Of a stretch of DNA of 64,000 bases, positions 19,218-28,721 are shown piece after piece. Source of the stretch: a virus. Its lineage: Duplodnaviria; Caudoviricetes. The notes under the pieces are model-generated. The model was given only the letters and a program-made list of their open reading frames with translations, was not told the DNA's origin and did not search any database. Each line of letters opens with the position of its first letter. The stretch's first letter is position 1. The DNA lies in IMG/VR virus record IMGVR_UViG_3300020360_000085, positions 32,001 to 96,000 of that record; one strand, given 5' to 3'. The position numbers were made by a program, and so were the translations under genes.

Positions 19218-20675
19218 TTACTTATATTCTACTTTAGTCACAGTATGCCTAAAGTTCTGCTCTCTGTAAAATGCCTTTCTTTTAGTAAGATGCCTTTTAC
19301 TGTATTTTAAATTACTAGTCAAGTCTACTACTTGAACATAGTCCTTGTCTTGTGCTTTTCTAATACCTCTTCCAATACTTTGTATAACTCTCACAAAACT
19401 TTTTCCTGGTTCCAACATTATTAAATTAAATATTCTTGGTATGTTGATACCAACTGCCGCCACTCCATAAGTAGCCACAATTACTTTATTATTCATTTCA
19501 GAAACATCATCATAATTTTCTTGCCTATCCTGTTGTTTCATAGAACCTGAAACGAATACCCAGTCTGGATTTTTTTCTTCCAGCATTTGACCTGTTTTTA
19601 TTCTGTCAATTAAAACAAGTGTGTTTCCATTTGCACTAAATCCATTTATTATCTGACTAATTTGATCTATTCTTTTAGGATCTGTTACAAGCCATTTAAG
19701 TTCTTGTGCATAACTGCCAAACTGTATTAAACCATCTTGTAATTGTAGTACACTAATATCTAAGTCTGCTAATACACCCATGTCCTGTAATTCTTTACTG
19801 CTTAAATTACCTACAACAGGACCTAAACTACATAAACAACCAACTGCTTCATGTTCATCTTTTGGAATAGTTCCTGTTAATCCCCATCTAATAGGAACGT
19901 TTTTAAAAGGACCACTTAATAAGTTTTTGAGTACTTCTGCTTTTGCTTTATGTACTTCATCTACCATTACACAAACAACTCCATCTAAAAATTCATCTAT
20001 AGGAAAATCTGCTTCATAGTTTTTACTTTTCTTTTCTAATACACTTAAACTTTGCCACGTACAAATTGTATGTGTTTTATCATACTCTTTCCTGTCGCCA
20101 TATAATACACCAACATCAAGTCCTAAATTTATGTAATCTTTTTCTGTCTGTACAACCAAGTCTTTGTTAGGAACAATAACAATAGTTCTACCATATCCTT
20201 GACACTTGTGACTTAATACAGCAGTCACAAGAGTTTTACCAGCACCTGTGGCCACTTCCTGTAAACATTGAGGATTATCTAAAAACTTATTTACAATATC
20301 AACCTGATAGTCCCTTAAAATAATAGGCTCTCCTTCTGCAGGATGTTTTTTTGGCCATACAACATGTTGATAACTATCTTTTGTTACATTTGTAAAACTA
20401 AAGTTCCAATTCTTTCTGGCATCTTTTACTTCTATTTCATACCCATCTTCTGTAACGATTGGTAACAATTTATCTAATAAATGGAAATATGTTCTACCAC
20501 CTATATCACAATATCTAATACAACCGTCCCATCTACCTAATTTATAGGAAGGCATATGATAAGCATAGGGCAAAAAGTATTTTACTTCATCAGATATTTT
20601 ACGCCTTGTTTTTACATCAAGGCCTTGAAATCTTACATTGACTTCATCTCTGATTTCTAAAACACATTTACCCAT
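19218..20675 (-). CDS. uvsW: SF2 helicase UvsW
   Basis: LRDYQ, ATGAGKT, DEVH, GLTGT, VIQSIGRGIR. Confidence 0.92.
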   Translation of the reverse strand: MGKCVLEIRDEVNVRFQGLDVKTRRKISDEVKYFLPYAYHMPSYKLGRWDGCIRYCDIGGRTYFHLLDKLLPIVTEDGYEIEVKDARKNWNFSFTNVTKDSYQHVVWPKKHPAEGEPIILRDYQVDIVNKFLDNPQCLQEVATGAGKTLVTAVLSHKCQGYGRTIVIVPNKDLVVQTEKDYINLGLDVGVLYGDRKEYDKTHTICTWQSLSVLEKKSKNYEADFPIDEFLDGVVCVMVDEVHKAKAEVLKNLLSGPFKNVPIRWGLTGTIPKDEHEAVGCLCSLGPVVGNLSSKELQDMGVLADLDISVLQLQDGLIQFGSYAQELKWLVTDPKRIDQISQIINGFSANGNTLVLIDRIKTGQMLEEKNPDWVFVSGSMKQQDRQENYDDVSEMNNKVIVATYGVAAVGINIPRIFNLIMLEPGKSFVRVIQSIGRGIRKAQDKDYVQVVDLTSNLKYSKRHLTKRKAFYREQNFRHTVTKVEYK

Positions 20676-20681
20676 TTTATT

Positions 20682-22712
20682 TTACCACTTATAGTCCAAT
20701 GTTAAATGATATTGCCTTCCAAATGAATCATATCCAGGAACTACCTCAACTATTTCATTTGTTAAGTTTTCACCTTTAAATGATAATATAACACCATTAG
20801 ACCATTCTTTAGTAATGTAAAAATCTAACTTATGTAAATCTTCTAAATACTCCTCTCCTTCTGCTAAAAAATCATAAGGTCCAGGTTCTCTTTCTAAATT
20901 TACTGCATACTTTAATCTAAAGTCTATATCAAACAAGTTTTGAGCCCATTGTACAACACCAGCATACTTAGGTATTCTGGACTGTTCTGTATCTGTGTAC
21001 TTAAACATCACAAAGAATGGACCAAAGTTATTTGCATATCTAATACCTTGTGTTTGATAAGCACCAGTATTTTCGTATGTTGCGTTATTCCAAATATAGT
21101 CTACTGTGGTTACAGATTCGTAAATACAACCAGGCACACCAAATGTTGCTTCATCATTTTCAGTCCAATTGGCATTTAAAACACAACCTGCTCCAGGACC
21201 ATTAAGTGTTGGATCATCTGGATCTACATAAAGTGATGCCTCTGCGTCTAATACTATTCTCATGGTTTCTACAGTTGTTGAAAAACCAGGCACATATTCT
21301 ATTGCTTCTTTAAAGTCATATAAAAATACACTTACTGCACCATAACCTAATTCTGCTCCTACACCTTCTTCAGGCTTAAGATCGAGATTGCCATCAACAT
21401 AACCGTCTCCATTTAGTTCATACAGGTTAGGCTTTCTAAAACTATTTCCTACATTAAAGAAAAAATCTCCTTTTGTGATACCTAATCTTAAAGCATTTTG
21501 ATTATCATTTCCAACTCTTACACCAAAATTGTAATTTAGTATAAAATTAGCATTTGCTGAAAAATATAAACCAGCATTTTCGTCTGAATACTTTTCAGAT
21601 ATTTCAGTTAGTGTATAAACACCATCTCCAATATATGATATATCAAATTCTCCTGTACCAATGTATTCTCCAGTCCATAAAGGCCTGCTTTTGTTTGTGT
21701 CATCATCAGCATAATATATACCAGGCTCTGTTATTTCTGTTTGAACTTCTATACTGCCTTCTACATTTTGCCAACTAGAAGTATTGTAATATATTTTTTC
21801 TGCATCTAAACCAAATGCTACATTAAGATTTTTACTTAACTCCATTTGATTGCCTACTCTTAAATAATCTCTAAAACTTTCGTTAGCATAAGTTTGATCA
21901 TAATGATAAAAAGTACCATCATTTGTTAAATCGCCAGTAAAGTAATCTGCATTATTATAGTTTCTTCCTAGTGTAAAGTATTCATTTCTGATTGCAAGAT
22001 TATATCTTTCTCCTTCCTGAACACAATCATTACTTTGACCCCAATCATAATTATAACAATTATCATAATCATATTCATAATCAGTGTATTTGCCTACAAT
22101 AGTAAAGTCACCTGCATTAACATTAAACCTTGCAGTTTTGTTCACATAGTGATCTTTTTCTTCGTTGTCATTTCTAGCACTACCATTACTACCATCAAAT
22201 AAACTAAATTCTAATTGTTCTAAAGGAGCAACTCTAATATAATTATTATCTCCTCTTCTATATGTAATACCATGCTCTATTGAGTCTTGTATTAAAACTG
22301 TTCCTGCCATACTGCCAGAACCATAAATTACACTATTAGCACCTGTAATTACTTTTACTTCTTGACCATGTGCAATATCATGTCCAAAATCATACCAACC
22401 TGCACCAGGATCATTTGCTGGTATTCCGTTTACAAAAACGGCAGTATGATTTGTTTGAGCCCCTCTCTCGTTAAAACCTACAAAACCACCATAACCACCA
22501 GGATTATATGTAAATGCAGGAAGTATTGCTTGTATTAAAGAAGTGTCTTCTATAGGATCTGCTTTGAGTTCTGTTTCTTGTTGTGCAACTACAACAATTT
22601 CTTCTATTTCATCTGCTTTAGTATCTAATGCAAAACACATAGCAAACATAATCACTACTGTAATGTATAAAGGACTAAAATTTATATGAAAATTTTTTTC
22701 GAATCTATCCAT
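20682..22712 (-). CDS. TonB-dependent outer-membrane receptor (BtuB-like)
   Basis: Signal peptide, EEIVVVA TonB-box-like segment, plug motifs (VFVNGIP, GANSVIYGSGSMAG), FRKPNLYEL, ENLTN, C-terminal aromatic beta-signal (LDYKW). Confidence 0.88.
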   Translation of the reverse strand: MDRFEKNFHINFSPLYITVVIMFAMCFALDTKADEIEEIVVVAQQETELKADPIEDTSLIQAILPAFTYNPGGYGGFVGFNERGAQTNHTAVFVNGIPANDPGAGWYDFGHDIAHGQEVKVITGANSVIYGSGSMAGTVLIQDSIEHGITYRRGDNNYIRVAPLEQLEFSLFDGSNGSARNDNEEKDHYVNKTARFNVNAGDFTIVGKYTDYEYDYDNCYNYDWGQSNDCVQEGERYNLAIRNEYFTLGRNYNNADYFTGDLTNDGTFYHYDQTYANESFRDYLRVGNQMELSKNLNVAFGLDAEKIYYNTSSWQNVEGSIEVQTEITEPGIYYADDDTNKSRPLWTGEYIGTGEFDISYIGDGVYTLTEISEKYSDENAGLYFSANANFILNYNFGVRVGNDNQNALRLGITKGDFFFNVGNSFRKPNLYELNGDGYVDGNLDLKPEEGVGAELGYGAVSVFLYDFKEAIEYVPGFSTTVETMRIVLDAEASLYVDPDDPTLNGPGAGCVLNANWTENDEATFGVPGCIYESVTTVDYIWNNATYENTGAYQTQGIRYANNFGPFFVMFKYTDTEQSRIPKYAGVVQWAQNLFDIDFRLKYAVNLEREPGPYDFLAEGEEYLEDLHKLDFYITKEWSNGVILSFKGENLTNEIVEVVPGYDSFGRQYHLTLDYKW

Positions 22713-22743
22713 TTTTTCTCCAAAATAATTGATATTAAAATTT

Positions 22744-22771
22744 ATTATACATTGATACTGGAGAATGTCAA
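22744..22771 (-). promoter_or_regulatory. Sigma70-type promoter of the TonB receptor
   Basis: TTGACA-N16-TATAAT; SD GGAG before ATG 22712. Confidence 0.8.
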
Positions 22772-22785
22772 GTAAATTATTAACT

Positions 22786-22882
22786 TAAAAAGCGAGTCCC
22801 CTGGATATATTCCTGGGGACTCTTAGTGTTCGATGTGGGAGGTTTTCGAACACTAGGGGGAACCTGTAAAATTAATTACAGA
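22786..22882 (-). ncRNA. Candidate structured 3' RNA: three hairpins ending in a terminator
   Basis: CTGTAA/TTACAG; TAGTGTTCGA-AAACCTCCCACA-TCGAACACTA; GAGTCCCC...GGGGACTC-GC-TTTTT. Confidence 0.4.
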
Positions 22883-22887
22883 TCTGA

Positions 22888-23925
22888 TTAGGATTCATAA
22901 ATATTAATCCTTCTCATACATGTTGACTCGGATATTTCTTTCCAATTATCGAAATCCATTTTAGCCAAGTCAGCAATTTTAAGTACCATTCTCAAACTTA
23001 TCTCCCTGAGTCTAGCACTATGTTTTATCATAAAGTCTATAATTTCTTTTTCGAAGTCTTTTGAGAAGCCATATTCTTTAAGCATACCATCTCTTACAAT
23101 TTGGTTAATCCTTAAAAATTTATCCTCAATAGAATCCATACCAAGATCAATGTAGTGGCATCTTGACATTAATGCCTCTAAATGGTCTCTGATTTTTTTA
23201 CTTCTAACATTCTCAAAATTAACATTAGTAATAAAAATACAGCCACCTTTAAAATCAAATCTGTCAGGTACACCTTCTCTTCTTAATACATTAGATTCTG
23301 CTTTCCAGGAAATTGTTCTTTTCTTACCTGAATCCAAAACTGCCTTTAACATATTAAGACATACTTCATCAAAAAGGATACTGTCACAGTCATCAAAAAC
23401 TAAAATGTCTCCTTCATTAGAATTATTAAAAAGTGTCTGATATAAACCTATAGGCGTCATAGAACCTTTTACAATTTCAGTTCTAGTTTTGCCTCCTAAT
23501 TTTGCCATTGCTTCATACTCATCAAGTATTTGTTCAACACCAAAACTTTTTCCAACTCCTGGAGGGCCTGATACTATAAGTCCTCTAACAACATTGTTAG
23601 CAACAGCATCAGTCATTTTATCCAATATTTGGAAACGGCCTTTAATCCTGTTCATTGCCTGTTCAGGAGTTTCTTTCTTTTTAGCCTTAGGTTTTTCTAC
23701 ACCCATTAGTTTTTTGTAGTCTTCTTTATTAGAAGGCTCAATATCTAACGGCCCATTTACAAGAACTCTAATTTTCTTGTATTCAGGATTCATGACAGCA
23801 CTTGCATCTACAGTTACAAATGCACCACGTTTTCCATAACTAATTGGTTTAATTAAAGGAAAGATCATATCCTTTAATGGCGAACTACGATAAGTTCCAG
23901 ATTTAATTTTTACATAGTTTTGCAT
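22888..23925 (-). CDS. AAA+/P-loop ATPase
   Basis: GPPGVGKS Walker A, VFDDCD Walker B, ALMSRC arginine finger; start MQNYVK with SD GGGAGG. Confidence 0.85.
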   Translation of the reverse strand: MQNYVKIKSGTYRSSPLKDMIFPLIKPISYGKRGAFVTVDASAVMNPEYKKIRVLVNGPLDIEPSNKEDYKKLMGVEKPKAKKKETPEQAMNRIKGRFQILDKMTDAVANNVVRGLIVSGPPGVGKSFGVEQILDEYEAMAKLGGKTRTEIVKGSMTPIGLYQTLFNNSNEGDILVFDDCDSILFDEVCLNMLKAVLDSGKKRTISWKAESNVLRREGVPDRFDFKGGCIFITNVNFENVRSKKIRDHLEALMSRCHYIDLGMDSIEDKFLRINQIVRDGMLKEYGFSKDFEKEIIDFMIKHSARLREISLRMVLKIADLAKMDFDNWKEISESTCMRRINIYES

Positions 23926-23962
23926 ATTGCCTCCCACGGTTATTAATTTAAACTATGTGTAT

Positions 23963-23990
23963 ATAATAGCAAATTTTTGCTAATTGTCAA
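23963..23990 (-). promoter_or_regulatory. Sigma70-type promoter of the ATPase
   Basis: TTGACA-N16-TATTAT. Confidence 0.7.
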
Positions 23991-23998
23991 GCGGTTTT

Positions 23999-24136
23999 TT
24001 ACTTTTTTTGCAACTTTTTTTGCTTATTATAGTAACTTTTTATGTTTCTGTCCACTTTCCACAGTATAAATTTAACTTCCATGGCCATTTTCCATGCTTT
24101 AAATTTTCTCCACAGATCTTTAAGTTTGTCTTGCAT
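23999..24136 (-). CDS. Small basic protein (45 aa), not in ORF track
   Basis: MQDKLKDLWRKFKAWKMAMEVKF...KKLQKK; TGATG overlap with the SET gene stop. Confidence 0.55.
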   Translation of the reverse strand: MQDKLKDLWRKFKAWKMAMEVKFILWKVDRNIKSYYNKQKKLQKK

Positions 24137-24498
24137 CAATCAATATTAGGTGCAGTATCATCCACTGTTGTCCCATCATATCCTCTGAATCTATAATATA
24201 CTGTGAGCTCTTGTCCACTTTGTATTGGTTTTATTGTGTGTAATGTTCTGTCACCTCTATCTGTACTAATGTAACAATTAGGATCATCGCTATGATTTAT
24301 AAATCCTCCTAATGGAGTTCTTACCCATTCATGCCTGTCCATGTTATGAACTAATACATGAGTTTCGCCTAATACAGTACCAGCATCAAGATATTCATTA
24401 GTGTGTAATCCTAGTCCATCTATGTTACTAGGTTTTATAGTAAGTTGCTCTGGTAAGGGTCTATAGGTTTTTTCATTAAATGTTTTCATTTTAATCAA
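24136..24498 (-). CDS. SET-domain protein (putative lysine methyltransferase)
   Basis: SNIDGLGL, GGFINHSDDPNC (NHSxxPN), GQELTVYY. Start may be the ATG at 24489. Confidence 0.85.
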   Translation of the reverse strand: MIKMKTFNEKTYRPLPEQLTIKPSNIDGLGLHTNEYLDAGTVLGETHVLVHNMDRHEWVRTPLGGFINHSDDPNCYISTDRGDRTLHTIKPIQSGQELTVYYRFRGYDGTTVDDTAPNID

Positions 24499-24952
24499 TA
24501 ACTATATCTTCCATACCAGCAGTTCTAAGTCTTGTTATGTGTCCTATTTGCCATTGTTTAGCATCTAGTCCCTTCATAATACCCAAGTATTTGTTTCTTA
24601 ATAAACTAAACTGATTTACTAAATGAGTTAAATCTATAACACTCTGTTCGCCATCTACAAATTTGTCTGCGTCTCTACTACTTAAAGTTCTATTGTAATT
24701 TTCTAAATACTTACGAAATGTTTTTGCTCTTTCTTTCCGTAATTCTATATTTAAATGTTCAAGTATTGCTTCAATCTCTTGTAACTGATTGAAGCGATAC
24801 TCTGTAAGACCGGGGAGGGAGGCGGAGGCTTTCTCCAGACTCCCTTTGATCCTGACTTCCCATCTTGCATCATCAAGTTCTTTTTCGTAATACGCAATAG
24901 CATCAACGATATTACCTAAGTCCTCGACAATTTTATTATAATAGGTTGCCAT
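24491..24952 (-). CDS. uvsY: Recombination mediator UvsY-like
   Basis: Helical protein with FRKYLENYNRTLSSRDADKFVDGE; downstream of UvsX; TAATG coupling. Confidence 0.75.
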   Translation of the reverse strand: MATYYNKIVEDLGNIVDAIAYYEKELDDARWEVRIKGSLEKASASLPGLTEYRFNQLQEIEAILEHLNIELRKERAKTFRKYLENYNRTLSSRDADKFVDGEQSVIDLTHLVNQFSLLRNKYLGIMKGLDAKQWQIGHITRLRTAGMEDIVID

Positions 24953-25188
24953 TAGGTTTCCCAATCCTCGTCTTCATCTTCATCCTCAAAGCCTATATCA
25001 AAATGGCTTACTATTGCGGCCTGCATGACTTTATCAAAATCATGTAAATTGTTTTCAGCATCTGAGATATCAACATTATCGTCGAACGATCTGACAATGT
25101 TTTCTGCAGTATGAAGACGTTCTTTTTGTGGTACTTGGTCTTTAACACCTTCCCACACATCATAAAGTAATGCTACTTCAGGACTCAT
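24952..25188 (-). CDS. Small acidic hypothetical protein
   Basis: ATG 25188 with SD GAGGAG. Confidence 0.7.
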   Translation of the reverse strand: MSPEVALLYDVWEGVKDQVPQKERLHTAENIVRSFDDNVDISDAENNLHDFDKVMQAAIVSHFDIGFEDEDEDEDWET

Positions 25189-26284
25189 CGTTATACTCCT
25201 CAACTTCTGGTTCTAAAACGTCAGGGTCAATATCCTCAGGCTCATCTGTTTGTGCCATAGGATTTTGTCCCCATTCATCTATAACTATCTGAAGTTTGTC
25301 GTCAGTCCAGCCTTTTCTGAACTCTTTGATGATTTCTCCAGTTACAGGCGAGGTATATGCAAGTTTGTTTCCTTCTTTAACCACAATGCCTTTTGTTTCT
25401 AGCATTTCTAACATACCACTGTATGGATCCATGCCTGTTGCATAAGGAATCTTAACCTGTACAGCCTCGAAAGGTTTACTGTATCTGGATTTCATTACTT
25501 TACATGCGGCTCTAATACCTTGTACTGTTGATGTTTTATTACCTTGCTCATCTTCTTTGAGTTTTAGTTTTTTCATCGCAATAACAATACTACTTGCGTA
25601 TATAAAGCCTTGCCCACCACTTATTTTATCATCAGGATCAAACATGTCCTGACTTGCATAAGTATGGTTTGTAGCCACTAAGGCTATAGGAAAAGGTGCA
25701 ATCTGGTTTACGGTGTTTCTAACCAAGGAGGCTAGTGCCTTAGGTTTTCTACCCATATCTCCTTTCATGTCACCTTTGTTAAACTGATCTACATCAGTCG
25801 GAGTTAGCAACATACCTAAACTGTCTATTACAAAAACCAATTTAGGCATTTCGTCATATGGCAGATCGCCATAATTTGCTTTGTAGTCTTTAATGAATTC
25901 AGACAATGCTTTAGCAACGTCATCTATCATTGAAACACTAACACGTAGAAGTTTATCTGGAGATGTATCTACATCTAATGCTTGTAGCCATTGCTCGTCA
26001 AGTGCGTTCTCAGAATCGAACAACACAACCTGACAACCGGCTTTTTGAGCATTTCGTGTAATTACACCAGAACAGATAAAACTTTTACCAGAACCTGACT
26101 CACCTGCAAATACACTAACTTTACCTAATGGGATACCTCCATTGAAGTCTCCACTAATTAAGTAATCTAGTGTGTGGTTACCTGTGCTAATCCAATCTTT
26201 TGGATCATGAAATCCTGCACTAATACCACTAATGCTTTTAGTCAGTCCAGTTCTAAACTTTGTTAAGTCAAAAGGCTTTTGCAT
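25178..26284 (-). CDS. uvsX: RecA-like recombinase UvsX
   Basis: GIPLGKVSVFAGESGSGKS, FDSE, VIDSLG, SGG; T4 UvsX-like layout. Confidence 0.93.
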   Translation of the reverse strand: MQKPFDLTKFRTGLTKSISGISAGFHDPKDWISTGNHTLDYLISGDFNGGIPLGKVSVFAGESGSGKSFICSGVITRNAQKAGCQVVLFDSENALDEQWLQALDVDTSPDKLLRVSVSMIDDVAKALSEFIKDYKANYGDLPYDEMPKLVFVIDSLGMLLTPTDVDQFNKGDMKGDMGRKPKALASLVRNTVNQIAPFPIALVATNHTYASQDMFDPDDKISGGQGFIYASSIVIAMKKLKLKEDEQGNKTSTVQGIRAACKVMKSRYSKPFEAVQVKIPYATGMDPYSGMLEMLETKGIVVKEGNKLAYTSPVTGEIIKEFRKGWTDDKLQIVIDEWGQNPMAQTDEPEDIDPDVLEPEVEEYNDES

Positions 26285-26294
26285 GATCTACCTC

Positions 26295-27311
26295 CTAACT
26301 TGATTGTCTATTTCTGATCATTGCAAGAATATCATCTGCTGACTTTTTACCTGCGTCGCCACTTGCTTCTGCTGTCGCAGTTGCTGGTGCTGGTTCAGGT
26401 GTAGCAGGTGCTTCTGCAACTGGTTCTGCTTCAACTTTTGCTTCTGCTGGTGCTGGAGCACTTACAGGAGCCACACTCTCTGTTGTAGTTGTTGATACAG
26501 GAGCAGATGCTGACTGAGTGCTTGTTCCTGTATCCAGTCCATAGGGTTTAAAAAAGTTACCCCATCTTGCTGGATCATACAGTTCTCCATCAACACTTGC
26601 TTGGAACATTTCAGCAATCGCTTGTACACCTTCTTCTGTAGGTTTTGCAGGAAGATAATCGTTAAGAGTATATAGTCCATGCGTATCGATTGCACCAAGT
26701 TGTTCCTCAGTCAATGCACTTTCTTTTCTTGCCCACTTACTAGTGGAATAATCTGCATATTGTCCTTTGGTTGTTTTTGCTAAACGGAAATCAGTACCAT
26801 TAACATAATCAGTAGGAAGGTTTTCCATTTCTGGGTCCATCAATGCTGATTTAATAATGTTAAAGATTTGAGGTCCAATAACAAAACGTCTAATTGGATT
26901 TTCTGGTGCCTCTTCGTTTAGAGGATTTTCATTTACAAAGCCTTGGAAAATATAACTTCTTTTTTTCCAATACTTTCTGCCCATATCTTCTAAAGAAGGA
27001 TCTTTAAACCAAGGTCTTACCTCAGTTAATACTGGACAGTTTTCACCAAACATTTCCATACAAGGTACTTGTACGGTTGTTGGTTTTTGATCACCACCTA
27101 CAACTCCTGGGAATGTAAGTCTAATCATTTGTCGTTCTACCCAAAAGAACGTGTTGTTTGGATCAGAGTCAGGTAGGAACCTTAGTACAGTACTTGTACC
27201 TTCGTCTATATTCCAAAATGGGTAAATTGCGTTATCGCTTTGAGCGGGGGAACTACTGGATTTGTTTTCCATAGATTGTAGTTTTGCTCTTATTTCTGCT
27301 AATGAGGCCAT
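26295..27311 (-). CDS. gp32: Single-stranded DNA-binding protein (T4 gp32-like)
   Basis: LRFLP, CPV, YWKKRSY, DYVNGTDF, NYSTSKW-like motif; low-complexity tail. Confidence 0.88.
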   Translation of the reverse strand: MASLAEIRAKLQSMENKSSSSPAQSDNAIYPFWNIDEGTSTVLRFLPDSDPNNTFFWVERQMIRLTFPGVVGGDQKPTTVQVPCMEMFGENCPVLTEVRPWFKDPSLEDMGRKYWKKRSYIFQGFVNENPLNEEAPENPIRRFVIGPQIFNIIKSALMDPEMENLPTDYVNGTDFRLAKTTKGQYADYSTSKWARKESALTEEQLGAIDTHGLYTLNDYLPAKPTEEGVQAIAEMFQASVDGELYDPARWGNFFKPYGLDTGTSTQSASAPVSTTTTESVAPVSAPAPAEAKVEAEPVAEAPATPEPAPATATAEASGDAGKKSADDILAMIRNRQSS

Positions 27312-27368
27312 AATGTTTCTCCTTATATGTATGCCATGTTCGTAATAAATTCATATTACTGTGCCTTA

Positions 27369-27446
27369 ATTATATTGCCATGATGCAAAAAAGTCAAGTA
27401 CTTTTTTACAACTATTGGCCATTTCTGGCCAACAAAGTTATTTATC
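27369..27446 (-). promoter_or_regulatory. Tandem late and sigma70 promoters of gp32
   Basis: GATAAATA (27439-27446), hairpin TTGGCCA-GAAA-TGGCCAA, then TTGACT-N17-TATAAT (27369-27397). Confidence 0.7.
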
Positions 27447-27460
27447 TTTATATACTGTTT

Positions 27461-28717
27461 TTATAGTGTATATTGGTCCAAAAACACTTCATATGCTTCA
27501 GCCATATCAACTGGAGCGGTTTTTGTACTACCACTATTAGCACCTAGTAAACAACTTTTTATAGTACCGTATTCGAACTGATTAAGTTCTCCACCAGCAC
27601 TAATTTTATTACTTAAACCTTGTAAGTAGTTGGATAAAGTTTCGTCTTTTGCACTATAACCTAACATACTTACCTGATGTCCAAGTCTTGCATTAGGATT
27701 TTCGAAATCCATAATGTCTTGCTCTGCTAAATTGTCTTTTAAATCAGCAAAGTTTTCTGACTCAATTGCTTTTGTAATTTTGCTTTCAAAACTTTTCTTT
27801 CTGGAAATTAAGTTTTTTAAACTGTCAGTTACATTTGCAACTTTATCATCAAAATGTGTTTCAGTAAATTTACTTTCAATATCTATATCGTCTGTTAGTA
27901 TATCTACTGAACTAAAATCTTCTATTCCTTCAACTGCGTTAGCATAAGTTTTTACACCACTTAGTCTTTTAAAATGCGATCTAATTTCGTTAATATTTTC
28001 TATAGCAAGTTCAACAATCTCTTGATTATCTTCATTAATAAGTTTTGCTGACTTTACATATCTCACAAACTCGCGGAGTTGTTTGTAATCTTTAGCCATA
28101 CTTACTATTGCTTCGCCTACAGTATCATGCATTTCGCCACCGTTATACATATGACGTGCCATTGCTCTGGCGGCTTGCAGATTATTTTCTGCCATTTTAA
28201 ATCTTTCATCACCACGTTGAATAAAGATACTATGTATGTTTCTGCTTCTTGCTCCACGTACTTCTTCATTTACTGCTTTTTTGTGACGAACAACCAATTT
28301 TACATTTTCTAGGGGTTGATAACTAGTCTTACTACTACCAGTCATTCTACCTAAACTGGCTTCCATTACATCTGCCATTTCTTTCTCCGCATTCTTTTTA
28401 ACATCTAACTCTTCGCCTTTTGGCTTAATTTTTTTATTAAATATTTTGTAGTCAAAATTCATTAGATAGTCTTGTGCTAAATGTTTTACCATATCTCTGA
28501 CAGGTTCCTCAGAAAGATCTTCACTTGTTGCTAACATAATTGTTTTTTCAGGAAGATTAATTCTTGCTAAAAGGTTAGGATCTGCTACTGCAAATCTTGT
28601 TGCCTCTTGTGGATTTAACACTAAATCACCATCTTTATCAAAACTTTTAACTTCATACCCAAATCCTTTGAGTATGTTAAAAAGTTTTTCTGATACTATG
28701 TCTTTATTAACTGCCAT
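27461..28717 (-). CDS. Conserved hypothetical late protein
   Basis: 418 aa; late promoter 5 nt before ATG. Confidence 0.75.
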   Translation of the reverse strand: MAVNKDIVSEKLFNILKGFGYEVKSFDKDGDLVLNPQEATRFAVADPNLLARINLPEKTIMLATSEDLSEEPVRDMVKHLAQDYLMNFDYKIFNKKIKPKGEELDVKKNAEKEMADVMEASLGRMTGSSKTSYQPLENVKLVVRHKKAVNEEVRGARSRNIHSIFIQRGDERFKMAENNLQAARAMARHMYNGGEMHDTVGEAIVSMAKDYKQLREFVRYVKSAKLINEDNQEIVELAIENINEIRSHFKRLSGVKTYANAVEGIEDFSSVDILTDDIDIESKFTETHFDDKVANVTDSLKNLISRKKSFESKITKAIESENFADLKDNLAEQDIMDFENPNARLGHQVSMLGYSAKDETLSNYLQGLSNKISAGGELNQFEYGTIKSCLLGANSGSTKTAPVDMAEAYEVFLDQYTL

Positions 28718-28721
28718 ACAA

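Noticed and set aside
22713-22887. Cobalamin riboswitch upstream of the BtuB-like receptor
   Set aside because: The receptor promoter lies only ~30 nt from its ATG, downstream of the hairpins, and no B12-box is recognisable.
24136-24498. Eukaryotic virus origin suggested by the SET domain
   Set aside because: Sheath, tube, gp17, SD sequences and sigma70 promoters show a bacteriophage.
26462-26698. Same-strand alternative-frame ORFs inside gp32 (78 aa) and at 45964..46176 (70 aa)
   Set aside because: No SD or promoter support, nested in well-supported genes, and no slippery site linking them.
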